A DNA stretch of 64,000 nt from Sedimentisphaerales bacterium (GCA_963663965.2 CAXXFK010000042.1:64001-128000), one strand, 5' to 3'. Positions 42,060-52,402 are shown, counted from the stretch's first letter. Notes: a model not told the origin generated them from the sequence alone. Made by a program: numbers and translations.

Positions 42060-42119
42060 AAAGTGACTGATTGGTCACTTTGATAATGACTATATAGTCA
42101 TTTCTGACCATTTAGTCAA
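42060..42119 (-). promoter_or_regulatory. Three TGAC-N6-GTCA operators overlapping the tetR promoter
   Basis: Palindromes at 42064-42077, 42087-42100 and 42105-42118; minus-strand TTGACT-17nt-TATATA lies within them. Confidence 0.8.
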
Positions 42120-42267
42120 CTGGCTTTAATTGATTTTTTTAAAATTTATTGTAAATAATTGCTAGAGCAGGTTTCCTGGTCAAATTAATCCATATAATCA
42201 TCATGGATATAATTGTAAGAGGGTGTATTGGTAGGCCCAAAACAGTGTCTTAGATTCCCATCGACGC

Positions 42268-42313
42268 AAAAAAATAAACCGCTTATTCAATCTGATGAAA
42301 AAAGCGGTTTATT
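42268..42313 (-). terminator. Terminator after the YeeE/YedE pair
   Basis: AATAAACCGCTT...AAGCGGTTTATT with an adjacent A-run. Confidence 0.65.
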
Positions 42314-42418
42314 GATATAACCTTTTATATATTATAATGTTATGATTATCTTGCTGTTTTTGTCAAAATTCAGGATAAAAGCAAGATATTCTTATTGATT
42401 CTGGTTCAACTTTGATAT

Positions 42419-42952
42419 TCAAGTTTTGCGAGATTCCAATCGGGCTATAGTAAACAGTAAGGCGATGATGCCTGTTACAAAGATTGTTATAACAATCCAA
42501 TGGTTAATGTTTAATAATTCGGGGATGGTTTTGTTGCCCAGATTGCCCCATGCCAGGAGATTGGATTTCAGCATAGGATAGATTTCGGCATAAATGGCAG
42601 CGCCAGTGAGCATCCCTAATACTCCCCATAAGGCATGCCAGCGACCTTCGCCGATGGCGCCGACGGCAGTACCGGGACAATAGCCCATGATGGCCCAGCC
42701 GATACCAAACAGGATTCCGCCTATTGCCTGGGCGCTTACTACTGTTGATTTCAGGTCTAACTCAATCAGACCCATGTCTTTCAGAAGGTAAATGCCTATG
42801 ACACCGACAGCAATGGCTGAAAACATGAATTTAATGATGGTCATATCTTTTAACAGCAGAAAGCCTACCTGTTTTTCAAAACGCAATACCTGGGCTTTTT
42901 GTAAGAGAAATCCAAAGATAACGCCGGTGATCAGTCCAATTATGAGTTCCAT
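42419..42952 (-). CDS. YeeE/YedE-family sulfur-compound transporter subunit
   Basis: GLITGVIFGFLLQK, GGILFGIGWAIMGYCPGT. Confidence 0.88.
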   Translation of the reverse strand: MELIIGLITGVIFGFLLQKAQVLRFEKQVGFLLLKDMTIIKFMFSAIAVGVIGIYLLKDMGLIELDLKSTVVSAQAIGGILFGIGWAIMGYCPGTAVGAIGEGRWHALWGVLGMLTGAAIYAEIYPMLKSNLLAWGNLGNKTIPELLNINHWIVITIFVTGIIALLFTIARLESRKT

Positions 42953-42954
42953 AA

Positions 42955-43494
42955 TTATTTACCTCCATTATAGATGAGTTTGGCTGTAATCATTCCACCT
43001 GCCATAAAACCACCCATGGCGATCAGGCCGCTTAAGGCTAATTGCATCATGCCGCTCATACCGTGGCCGCTGGGGCAGCCACCGGCCATTCTGACACCAA
43101 TAATGGCAATTATTCCGCCGATAAACGCTCCGATGGCTCTTAGCGCCACTTTATTCTTAAAACGATCCTGCCAGATGGGGGGGACGAGTTCGTTTTTAAA
43201 CTGGCCGCCTAGTGTCGATGAGATTAAAGAACCAACAAAAATACCGGCTACCAGCATCATCTGCCAGTCGATTTTGATTTTGGTCTTCTGGAAATAGTCA
43301 TTCTGGGCCACATGGTTCGGGGTGATCTGCTGTTCGATCAGGCCGGTTATCCGTACGAAGGTTGTGGAAGTGCCCAGATAGTGGCCTTTGTTCAATACTT
43401 TAGTTGTTATCAGTACCGACAGGATGGCCAGTAAACCTGCTAACATACCGGTCAGGTAAGGGTTCCAGGCTTTATTTTGATTTGCTTTGTCCAT
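42955..43494 (-). CDS. YeeE/YedE-family sulfur-compound transporter subunit
   Basis: WNPYLTG, LGTST, DWQMMLVAG, GVRMAGGCPSGHGMSG. Confidence 0.88.
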   Translation of the reverse strand: MDKANQNKAWNPYLTGMLAGLLAILSVLITTKVLNKGHYLGTSTTFVRITGLIEQQITPNHVAQNDYFQKTKIKIDWQMMLVAGIFVGSLISSTLGGQFKNELVPPIWQDRFKNKVALRAIGAFIGGIIAIIGVRMAGGCPSGHGMSGMMQLALSGLIAMGGFMAGGMITAKLIYNGGK

Positions 43495-43556
43495 GGGTTG
43501 TGCTCCTTTAATTGTTATATTAACAAGAAAAACACTAATCTATTGTTGATTGTTAT

Positions 43557-43572
43557 TGCATTTAGTGTGCCA
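43557..43572 (-). promoter_or_regulatory. Sigma-54 (-24/-12) promoter of the YeeE/YedE pair
   Basis: Minus strand TGGCAC-ACTAA-ATGCA, about 60 nt upstream of ATG 43494. Confidence 0.6.
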
Positions 43573-43757
43573 AATTCAATGATTAAGTTGAATAAAAATA
43601 TAAACGCCTTAAAATCAGCATTTTATATTTTTTTAGCCTATGATCTTAACTGGTGTATGCGCAAACTATGATTAATGCAGGTGGATAAAGGTGTAAACCT
43701 GAGAATTAAATATGCAATTGTATTGTGGTTGACAAATTTCTGGGTGGTACTTTTGGT

Positions 43758-43797
43758 GTAATATATATTTGACACCATGTAATATGTGTGTTACTAT
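43758..43797 (+). promoter_or_regulatory. Sigma-70-like promoter overlapped by two GTAA-N8-T(G/T)AC boxes
   Basis: TTGACA-17nt-TACTAT; boxes at 43758-43773 and 43779-43794, upstream of the membrane protein/XRE pair. Confidence 0.55.
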
Positions 43798-43841
43798 AAA
43801 AATAGTGATACTCAAAATGTTCTATGACGGGAGGCTAAGCC

Positions 43842-44279
43842 ATGAAACAGAAACAGGAAGAACTAATCAGTTTGGCGGTTTGTGGGTTGTTTCCGATGAT
43901 TGTTGGTTTTTCGATTATTGTTACGATCTGTTATGACGGGGTGGGATTCAAGGCCGGAATTATGATGCTAAGCTGGCTGGCTGCGAGTGCTTTTATCTGG
44001 GTTGTGCCTGATATTTTGCATAAAATGGGTTTAAAAAAAGAGGTATTGCGTGATGAACGTGATGCTCAGATTCATAAAACGGCTGCCCTGATGGCTCATG
44101 TGGTGGTCTGGATTGGTCTGTTGGGCGCCAGTTTGCTGATCTGGGGCCGGGTGGGCAATGGTGGTTCTGTGCCGATTGAGGTATTGATGTTTTTGTGTGT
44201 TGGCGGTGTGATGCTGTTTCAGGTGGCTTTGGTGATTTTCAGCATGGTTCTGGAGGAAAGAGGATTGAGGCATGGCTGA
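43842..44279 (+). CDS. Four-TM membrane protein (DERD motif, DUF2178-like)
   Basis: Hydrophobic segments and LRDERDAQIHKTA; overlaps the downstream XRE gene. Confidence 0.75.
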   Translation: MKQKQEELISLAVCGLFPMIVGFSIIVTICYDGVGFKAGIMMLSWLAASAFIWVVPDILHKMGLKKEVLRDERDAQIHKTAALMAHVVVWIGLLGASLLIWGRVGNGGSVPIEVLMFLCVGGVMLFQVALVIFSMVLEERGLRHG

Positions 44280-44487
44280 AAGTAAATTGCGTAATCATAT
44301 CAGGCGGTTGCGTTTTGAGCATAATGAGATGACTCAGCTTCAGTTGGCTGAACAGGTCGGGGTTACGCGTCAGACGATTATTGCGATTGAGGCGGATCGC
44401 TATTCGCCTTCGCTGGTGCTGGCATTTAAAATCGCGCGGTTTTTTCATCGACCGGTGGATGAGGTTTTTGAATATATAGACGATTAA
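44272..44487 (+). CDS. XRE-family HTH transcriptional regulator
   Basis: MTQLQLAEQVGVTRQTIIAIEADRYSPSLVLAFKIARFF. Confidence 0.93.
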   Translation: MAESKLRNHIRRLRFEHNEMTQLQLAEQVGVTRQTIIAIEADRYSPSLVLAFKIARFFHRPVDEVFEYIDD

Positions 44488-44682
44488 TGGGTTGGTGGGG
44501 GGTGAGTTGCCGGGCGGGGCAATTTTGCGTAAAAGTGTGGCATTACGAAAGTTAGTTGACTGAAGGTATGGGATTTCTTATAATCCTAACCTTTGTGTAA
44601 GAAAGATAATTTACTATAGCGGCGACAGGTGGCTGGGGTGGTCCAACGGGATTCGTCGCAAGGTGTTGAGAATATATAGCTT

Positions 44683-45732
44683 ATGATAAATTCACAGACA
44701 GTGAAAGCGCTTGCCGAGCATGTGGGCGGCATCGTGGAGGGGGATGGTGACCTGTTAATCCGGGGGGCGTCAACTTTGAGTGAGGCCGGGCCGGATGAAA
44801 TTTCGTTTCTGGCCAATCCCAAATACGAAAAAGAGTTACAGACCACAAAGGCGGCTGTTATTGTGGTTAATGAGAAAATTCCGAATTATGGCCGGACAGT
44901 GATCCGGTGTAAGGATCCTTATTACGCGTTTATGCAATGTGTGGTATTGATTCATGGGCATCGGGAACATGAAAAGATCGGGGTCAGTGAACGGGCGAGC
45001 ATCGATTCATCGGCTCAAATCGGCGAGGGGGTGGATATCCATGATTTTACGGTGGTGTCGGCGGATGTGACAATTGGCGATCAGACCTGTATCTATTCCA
45101 ATTGCACGATCGGGCCGGGAACGAAGATCGGGAAAGAGTGTATTATCTATCCGAATGTAACGATTTACGATGGGTGTTCGATCGGGGACCGGTGTATTAT
45201 TCATTCCGGGACAGTGATCGGTCAGGATGGGTTTGGGTTCGCGACGCATGACGGTGTTCATCATAAGATCCCGCAGATTGGCGGGGTAGTGATCGAGGAT
45301 GATGTCGAGATCGGGGCAAATTGCGCGATTGACCGGGGGACGCTGGGGGATACGGTGATCGGTAAAGGGACGAAGATGAGCAACCTGATCGCGATCGGGC
45401 ATAATACCCGGATCGGGGCGCATTGTTTGCTGGTGGCCCAGGTCGGGATCGCCGGGAGTGTGAGTGTGGGGAACTATTGTGTGTTTGGCGGGCAGGTAGG
45501 CGTGGTGGGTCATATCAAGATTGGTGACCGGGTGAAGATCGGGGCGCAGTCGGGCGTGACGAATAATCTGGATGATGGTCAGATGGTGATGGGATCGCCG
45601 GCCTGGCCGATGAACGAGGCGAAGCGGTCGATGATGATGATGAAAAGCCTGCCGGATATCCGCAAGAAACTCAAGGATCTGGATCGATCGTTGCGGCAAT
45701 ATATTGGCGAGAGTGAAGACGAGACTGAATAA
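44683..45732 (+). CDS. lpxD: UDP-3-O-acylglucosamine N-acyltransferase
   Basis: [15 protein letters not shown], hexapeptide repeats, [36 protein letters not shown]. Confidence 0.96.
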   Translation: MINSQTVKALAEHVGGIVEGDGDLLIRGASTLSEAGPDEISFLANPKYEKELQTTKAAVIVVNEKIPNYGRTVIRCKDPYYAFMQCVVLIHGHREHEKIGVSERASIDSSAQIGEGVDIHDFTVVSADVTIGDQTCIYSNCTIGPGTKIGKECIIYPNVTIYDGCSIGDRCIIHSGTVIGQDGFGFATHDGVHHKIPQIGGVVIEDDVEIGANCAIDRGTLGDTVIGKGTKMSNLIAIGHNTRIGAHCLLVAQVGIAGSVSVGNYCVFGGQVGVVGHIKIGDRVKIGAQSGVTNNLDDGQMVMGSPAWPMNEAKRSMMMMKSLPDIRKKLKDLDRSLRQYIGESEDETE

Positions 45733-45805
45733 GGGGCGTGGCCGCGGTGATGATATCGAGTGACATGAGATCAAAGATAAAAACCATTTTGGACCCATTA
45801 CCGGG

Positions 45806-46669
45806 TTGAGTATGCAGCGGGTGGAACAGGATAACCGACCGGTATTTGGATTGATCGCGGGGCAGGGGCGGTTGCCGTTTCTGGTGGCGCGTGGGGCGCG
45901 GGATGCGGGGTACCGGGTGGTGTGTGTGGGGTTTCGGGATCAGGCTGAGCCGGAGTTGATGGAGGCGGTGGACCGGTTTTACTGGGTGTCGCTGGCGCGG
46001 CCGGGGGGGTGGATCCGGAAGTTGACCAAGGAGGGGGTACGGGATACGATTATGGTGGGACGGGTGGCGAAGAAGCGGATTTATACGCCGTTTCGGCTGT
46101 TGACGTATTTGCCGGACTGGCGGGCGATTCGGGTGTGGTATGGGCGGCTGAGCCAGAAAGATAAGCGAGATGATACGTTATTGAAGGCGCTGGCGGATGA
46201 ACTGGCCAGCGGAGGTGTTATTTTGAACGATTCGACGCAGTTTTGTAAGGACCAGATGGCGACTGAGGGAGTGATGACCCGGACGCAGCCGGGTAAGGGG
46301 GTGGCGGGTGATATCGAGTTCGGGTGGGAGATTGTCAAGCGGCTGAGCGATCTGGATGTGGGGCAGGCGATCGCAGTGAAGGAAAAGGATATTATCGCGG
46401 TGGAGGCGATTGAAGGGACGGACCGGATGATCGAGCGGGCGGGCGAGTTGTGCCGGGCGGGGGGCTGGACGCTGATCAAGACGGCGCGGTCGGATCAGGA
46501 TATGCGGTTCGATGTGCCGACGATCGGGGTTGGGACGATCGAGAAGCTGCATCGGTGCAAGGCGACGTGTGTGGTGGTGGAGGCGGGCAAGACGATTATG
46601 ATCGACAAGGAAGAGACGCTGGCGCTGGCGGACCGGTATAAGATTGCGGTGGTGGGGCATCGGGTTTGA
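45806..46669 (+). CDS. lpxI: UDP-2,3-diacylglucosamine diphosphatase LpxI
   Basis: GLIAGQGRLP, LDVGQ, AVEAIEGTDRMI, QDMRFDVPTIG. Confidence 0.92.
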   Translation: MSMQRVEQDNRPVFGLIAGQGRLPFLVARGARDAGYRVVCVGFRDQAEPELMEAVDRFYWVSLARPGGWIRKLTKEGVRDTIMVGRVAKKRIYTPFRLLTYLPDWRAIRVWYGRLSQKDKRDDTLLKALADELASGGVILNDSTQFCKDQMATEGVMTRTQPGKGVAGDIEFGWEIVKRLSDLDVGQAIAVKEKDIIAVEAIEGTDRMIERAGELCRAGGWTLIKTARSDQDMRFDVPTIGVGTIEKLHRCKATCVVVEAGKTIMIDKEETLALADRYKIAVVGHRV

Positions 46670-47194
46670 GGCTGGAGAGGCAGTGAGGGGCTGGAATTGT
46701 AAGGGTTGATGGGGTAATCAGGCAGGGGAATCCGGGCCGGTCGGAATAAGGTATCACCTGGGAACTGCTATGGGATCGGTTTGTTTACACTTTGCTGAAC
46801 AGGCGATGGTAAGGTCTTGGATTTCAATGAGATGGATGATAAGGTTAGGGGAATTGGCTTCGTTTAGATTGGGGTGGCGGTAGTCAAGAGGGGGGTAGCA
46901 GGTAGAGAGAAGCAAGCAGGCAGGTAGCAAGCAGGGAGGAAGTAAAGAATCAGGAAGAGGACTGGAATGGGGGGCGAATAATGGTCGTTGGGTTCGTTTG
47001 GAACATGTTGTTATATAAGAGGTTAAGGTTGATTTTGCGGATGTTGGATTGGGCGGGCAAGGTTTGTTGTGGGCGGCCCAGATATAGTTGAAGGCTTTTG
47101 GGATTGACCGAATGGGTGGCCGGGGGTAATATGCTGGGCGGTTTGAAAGTTTTAAAGATTACTTAGATGGCGAATTTGAAAGGAGTATCCGGTT

Positions 47195-47985
47195 ATGGCT
47201 ATTGCGGTATCGATGGTGATGTTTGATGGGCCGGTCAAACTGGCGGTTGGCAAGATTACACAATACTTGAATGAGATCTGGGCTGACCTGCCGAAAGTTG
47301 GCGGGGCGCAGGAGCATGATAATATGGTGGCGTTTCAGCTGGGGGAGGCGGACGTGGCGCTGGGAGTGATCGCGGCGCCGATGCCGTGGGATGAGTTGGA
47401 GAGTGTGTGTGAGATGAGTCCGTTGTGGCCGGGGGCGGCTGAGGTGTTGAAGGAACACCGGGAGCATGTGATTGTGACGGTGCGGGGTGAGCTGGATCCG
47501 GTTGAGTTGTCGGGATTGCTGACGCAGGTGACGGCGGCGGTGATGGCGAGTTCGGAGGCGGCGCTGGGGGTGTACTGGGGAAATGCTTCGATGGTGGTTC
47601 CGAAGGATATGTTTATCGAATTTGCGGTGGATATTCTGCCGCAGGGGCCGCCGCTGTTTGTGTGGGTGAACTTTCAGGCGGGGCCGATGGAGGAGGAGGG
47701 GGTCAGCGGCGGATTTACAACGGGACTGGAGGCGCTGGGGCTGATGGAGTTGGAGACGGAGAACGCGACGGAGTCGCCGGGGAAATGAAGGAGCGGCTGG
47801 TGGACCTGGCGGGGTACCTGGTGGAAAACGGGCCGGTGATTGGCGATGGCGATACGGTGGGGCGCGATGAGGATGAGAAGATACGGGTGGTGTACGCGGA
47901 ATCGGCGTTTGGCAAGGAGGGGGAGGTGATGCGGCTGGAGTATGGCGATGGGGAGGAGAAGAAGGCGTGGTGGAAGTTCTGGTGA
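47195..47985 (+). pseudogene. DUF4261-like protein split by a single-base frameshift
   Basis: ORF 47195-47788 ends ESPGK*; the -1 frame continues EMKERLVDLAGYLVENGPVIGDGDTVG...KKAWWKFW. One extra G in GGGG at 47779-47782 would restore a single ORF. Confidence 0.7.
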
Positions 47986-48545
47986 GGGGGGGCAAGCCGC
48001 GACCAAAGAAGAAATTTCACACGAAGCCGCCAAGCCACAAAGGGAAACGGCCAGACTGGTTGAGTTGGAGTTGGAAAGTGGAATACGAATTTTCTCTGGG
48101 CGATTAGATTTGACCGCAACTCCCTAAAAGCTTCAAGAGATCAAGATTTGAACCACGAAGCCGTCCTCCTGAGGCGGATCTTCGACCTTCGGCTACACGA
48201 AGAGCGCCTGCGGCGCTACACGAAGGGCCGGGGGCCTGGTTGAGGAATTGATTCGGATTGAAACTTTGAACAGAAAAAAGGACCATTTACTATGTAATGA
48301 ATAAAACTTATAATACATGTTCTTTGAAACGACGCGAAAAACAAGAGTATGAAGGATAGCATTACGAATTAGTACTAAATAAAACAGGGATTAATGGATG
48401 TCTGATTTGACTACCCTGTGATGATTATAAAGATTATTAATATTAAGAATTATGATCTGATGGAGAGGGATTGATTTCACAGGTATACAAGATTGAATAT
48501 AACCATATTGGTAATAAATTAACTATTTCAATAATGAATCTTTAA

Positions 48546-50924
48546 GTGAATATGCCATTATTAAGATATAATTTGGATATGCTGGGATGGTATGAGTTTG
48601 AACATTTATGCCAAACTCTACTCAAACATAAATTAAGTTTAGGAATTGAAGCTTGGGGAGGAACAAATGATTATGGACGAGATGCGTATTATACTGGAGA
48701 ATTAAAGTATCCAGGAAATGAAATCCAAAAGGGCCCATTTCTTTTTCAATGTAAGTTTATAAACGGAGCTAATTCTGCCTCAGCTAAGATTGAAAAACCT
48801 ATTTTAAATGCAGTTAAAAAGGAATGCCAACAAATTACAGATCGTCTAACAAGCAATAAATGGACAATTATTCCAACAGTGTATACTTTTTTGACGAATG
48901 CTGTTTTATCTTCAACTCTTAGAGAAAAAATAAAATCTCAAATAAAAGCAGTTTTACCAAATTCTGATATTGTCTTACTAGGTGGAAATGATATTTGTGG
49001 GTTCATTGATTTGACATCTGGCATAGCACGAAAATTTCCACAGATATTATCTCTTAATGATTTAGATATATTACTTGAACAATGTGTTAACCGGGACATA
49101 TTAAATAGGAGTGAGGCTGCAATAGAAGAAGCAAAAGAGATTAGCAAAGTATTTGTACCTACAGAAGCTTATTCGAAAGCCATTAAAACATTAAGAGAGC
49201 ATTTTTATGTAGTTCTTGAAGGACCACCTGAAGTTGGGAAAACTGCGATAGGAAGGATGATAGCGTTGTCATACTTACCAGAAGGATGGGAAGTAATCGA
49301 ATGCCAAGCTCCGAATGATTTCCTAAAAATATATAACAGGACACAAAAACAAATATTTATCACTGATGATTCTTTTGGTCGGACGGAATATAATCCTGAG
49401 AGGGTAAGGCTATGGCAAGATGATTTACCTGCAATTCTAAGAAAGGTCAATAAGGACCATTTACTTATAATGACCAGTCGAAAACATCTTTTGGAAATGG
49501 CAAAAGAAAAGCTTGATATTCCTGGATCTCATGAAGACTTTCCAAAGCTTTCAGAAGTGTTAATAGATGTATCACAGTTAATAAAAATTGAGAAGACTTT
49601 AATGCTTTATAAACATATGAAACAAGTTAAATTACCTGAAGATATCAAAGGTGTTGTTCGAGTATTTGCTGAAAAAGTTATTATGCATTCAGGATTCACG
49701 CCAGAACGGATTAGAGTACTCTCAAACAAAGTCAAAGCTGAAAAATTTTCTATTCAGCTAATCGATAATATTTTGAGAAATCCAACAGATAGAATGAGTA
49801 AAACATATCGAGAGTTGCCCGTAGCGTATAAATGGTTTATGGTATCTGTATTAATTAATCAATCAAATTATTATTCAGCACAATACCAAAACACGAAAAG
49901 GTCTTATGAAAAATTGTGCCCATTAGAAGAATTAGTAGATTTTGAAAAAATAATTGCACAGTTATCTGAAGCTTTCATAAAACTTAAAGAATACATTGGA
50001 AGCAATAAGCCTCAAATAGATTGGGTGCATCCGAGTTGTGGCGATATGGTTTCTAAAGAATTATCTTCATGTGCTATAGATCGAAAGCAATTTCTAGAAT
50101 TTTGCGGAGAGTCTGGACTAATGTTTGCAGTTTCAGTTGGTGGTGGAGATGTTGGACAGAGAGTATTGCCTTTATTAATAAGTTCGAAAGACTGGGAAAT
50201 ATTTGAGAAACGATGTCTAGCTTGTTATAATACAAATCTTCTAAATCGCATTTATGATTCGGTTCAACAATTATCCAAAACCCCAAACCATTATAAAGAT
50301 AAAGCAAAGCTTGAAATATTATTAAAAAAATCCTTGATAACAACAATAATACATATCAATGATAATGGAAGCATGTACAATAATCATATAAATATTTTTA
50401 GAATTGTTAAGCAATATTCAAATGAAAAACTGCCTCCTATAAATTATTATGAAGCGTGGTTAAGTGTGGCTGATTCTGCAATTGGGATTTTAAATGACGA
50501 TTATAAGGAATGGCATAAATGGGGTGACATAGACCATTTTATTTCTTTAACCAAAGTCATTTTAGAATATGATCCAACGTGTTTTGAAACGAATAATATG
50601 CGGGATAAATGGCAGGAATTTATAGCCACCTTGATCAAGCGAGGATTAGAAGTTTCTAATTATCAAATGTTTGAAGATGATCATGAAATGGTACAAGAGT
50701 TGTTTGAATGTTATGATGAGAGTAGTAAGCTTTTTAAAGATATATCTGCAATGATAGAAAGTGATGATGTTAAAGAACAGTGTAAAACTATTAGCAATAA
50801 TTTTAATTGTTTAATGGATGATATATCAGAATATTTACCATACGAAGGCGATGTTGGTAGTGATGAGAGTAGGGCATATTATGATAATGATTTTAGTGTG
50901 CAAAGTATTTTTAGAGACTTGTAA
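48546..50924 (+). CDS. Restriction-endonuclease-like N-terminus + STAND-type (nSTAND3-like) P-loop NTPase; candidate defence protein
   Basis: FEHLCQ...GTNDYGRDA...FQCKF (PD-(D/E)xK/Mrr-like); Walker A GPPEVGKT; Walker B IFITDDSFG; IMTSR; markedly AT-rich compared with its flanks. Confidence 0.75.
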   Translation: MNMPLLRYNLDMLGWYEFEHLCQTLLKHKLSLGIEAWGGTNDYGRDAYYTGELKYPGNEIQKGPFLFQCKFINGANSASAKIEKPILNAVKKECQQITDRLTSNKWTIIPTVYTFLTNAVLSSTLREKIKSQIKAVLPNSDIVLLGGNDICGFIDLTSGIARKFPQILSLNDLDILLEQCVNRDILNRSEAAIEEAKEISKVFVPTEAYSKAIKTLREHFYVVLEGPPEVGKTAIGRMIALSYLPEGWEVIECQAPNDFLKIYNRTQKQIFITDDSFGRTEYNPERVRLWQDDLPAILRKVNKDHLLIMTSRKHLLEMAKEKLDIPGSHEDFPKLSEVLIDVSQLIKIEKTLMLYKHMKQVKLPEDIKGVVRVFAEKVIMHSGFTPERIRVLSNKVKAEKFSIQLIDNILRNPTDRMSKTYRELPVAYKWFMVSVLINQSNYYSAQYQNTKRSYEKLCPLEELVDFEKIIAQLSEAFIKLKEYIGSNKPQIDWVHPSCGDMVSKELSSCAIDRKQFLEFCGESGLMFAVSVGGGDVGQRVLPLLISSKDWEIFEKRCLACYNTNLLNRIYDSVQQLSKTPNHYKDKAKLEILLKKSLITTIIHINDNGSMYNNHINIFRIVKQYSNEKLPPINYYEAWLSVADSAIGILNDDYKEWHKWGDIDHFISLTKVILEYDPTCFETNNMRDKWQEFIATLIKRGLEVSNYQMFEDDHEMVQELFECYDESSKLFKDISAMIESDDVKEQCKTISNNFNCLMDDISEYLPYEGDVGSDESRAYYDNDFSVQSIFRDL

Positions 50925-51033
50925 GATTTTTTGCATTTAGCATTGTGAGCTAAAATGTAGTTCTTTCATTTATTGAAAATAAGGGAAGATATTCCGATTA
51001 GGCCCAGAAGAACCCGGATTTTGCTTTGCTCAA

Positions 51034-51057
51034 AATGGACCAACAAGTTTGCCCATT
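51034..51057. repeat. REP-like palindrome type A, degenerate copy
   Basis: AATGGACCAACAAGTTTGCCCATT, related to 52265-52286. Confidence 0.55.
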
Positions 51058-51103
51058 CTCTTCTATCGGCTAGCACATTAATTATTGTTGTGGGATATTT
51101 GGT

Positions 51104-52114
51104 ATGAAATCAGGTAATGATAAAGTTCGCAAGATATTTATATCAAGTCAGGATTTAGGAAACTGGGATGTGATTAAGTTTTTGGAATCGCTTCATTCGT
51201 TGGGGATGATTTATGAATATGCAGATGATTATTGTGCAAATATTCAATCGGTCATAGCAAGGAATGATATTTTTGTTGCGGTCATATCTGAGGCTTATAT
51301 TCGTTCTAAAGCAATGGCAGAGCAAGTGCAATATGCTGTTCAGTTATGGGAGGAATACAAACGGCCGTTGCTTTTTATATTTAGGATAGATAAAACACCT
51401 TTATTTCATGATTTTGGGGTTTTAACGCATACAGCCCAGGAATTGCCAATGAAGCCCGGAAGAGCCGCCGCAAAACTACTGGTTGCAAAGGGGAAGAAAC
51501 CAATAGAAATACTTAAATCGGGGATAGATGCGCCTGACTTTCAAGAATATATGGAAATACTTTCACGCGAGATGGGATTGGCAAGATTTACAAATCATGT
51601 CGAGTCTTCCACGGTATTGCGTATTTTATTTAGGCCGACATTTGATCCAGAATGCGTGGTTGAAATAAGATGGAATGAACAAAATGTGATAATGGTTTTA
51701 ATTTCGATGCAAACGAATGTCGAGCAGTGGGAATGTTATGTGCGTCAAAGCCGATCAGGAAAATGGCATCCACTAAAGCCTGCCCCCGATCCACCAGAGT
51801 TATGGAAAGAAGAAATTGTTTTACCCCATGATGTATTATTTGAATTGAAGTGGATGATCATTGATTCAACCTGGAGAGAGGCAATGAATGCTCAAGCTTC
51901 ATCAAGAACTAATTCTATTTGTGATGGGATGGGGATGGATATCGATATGTATAGCGGGGGGAAAGTCAACTCAATATTTTATAATTGTCCAGATCTCGGC
52001 ACGCCGATTCATACATTCGTTAGTCATGTTTTAATATTAGCAAAATCAGAATTCATATTGCCGAAAAGTAAGGCTTTGATTGAAAAATTATTGAGGTATA
52101 CCGTATGGGAATGA
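51104..52114 (+). CDS. Protein with an N-terminal TIR-like domain and an unknown C-terminal domain
   Basis: KIFISS...IQSVIARNDIFVAVISEAYIRSKAMAEQVQYA...LLFIFRID pattern. Confidence 0.6.
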   Translation: MKSGNDKVRKIFISSQDLGNWDVIKFLESLHSLGMIYEYADDYCANIQSVIARNDIFVAVISEAYIRSKAMAEQVQYAVQLWEEYKRPLLFIFRIDKTPLFHDFGVLTHTAQELPMKPGRAAAKLLVAKGKKPIEILKSGIDAPDFQEYMEILSREMGLARFTNHVESSTVLRILFRPTFDPECVVEIRWNEQNVIMVLISMQTNVEQWECYVRQSRSGKWHPLKPAPDPPELWKEEIVLPHDVLFELKWMIIDSTWREAMNAQASSRTNSICDGMGMDIDMYSGGKVNSIFYNCPDLGTPIHTFVSHVLILAKSEFILPKSKALIEKLLRYTVWE

Positions 52115-52264
52115 AAATTCCTGGTCGCTCGAAAGGCAACATTTTACTTGTCAACTATTTGTTTCCCGGCGAAACGGGAAAATTCAAATGTAAAGAGTAA
52201 ATTTTTGAGAAAGTGAATGATTTTAGAGTTGATTTCTATTCCAAGTGATTCTGATCTGATCAGC

Positions 52265-52402
52265 ATGGGCAAACAAGTTTGCCCATCTTCTTTTCGTTTT
52301 GTGATAAAATGATAACGGGTGTTTTTTCACGCTGAAGCGTGGGCTCCGTACATTGGTTTGGGGTTGGGAGAGAGACGCGAGGCGTTGCGTCTTTACGTGG
52401 GG
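52265..52402. repeat. Cluster of REP-like palindromes (types A, B and C)
   Basis: ATGGGCAAACAAGTTTGCCCAT (52265-52286); CACGCTGAAGCGTG (52328-52341); GGTTGGGAGAGAGACGCGAGGCGTTGCGTCTTTACGTGGGG (52362-52402). Confidence 0.65.

Noticed and set aside
46680..47190. tRNA or structured RNA at the island boundary
   Set aside because: No cloverleaf or T-loop motif; only purine-rich low-complexity sequence and two short TTGG(C/G)TTCGTTT motifs.
45007..48119. Long antisense ORFs (45007-45798, 46178-46660, 47159-47995 and others)
   Set aside because: Shadows of G-skewed real genes on the + strand, with low-complexity Pro/His/Arg content.
48145..48235. Short palindromes with repeated CACGAAG
   Set aside because: Probably REP-like debris, but too short and degenerate to define within this window.
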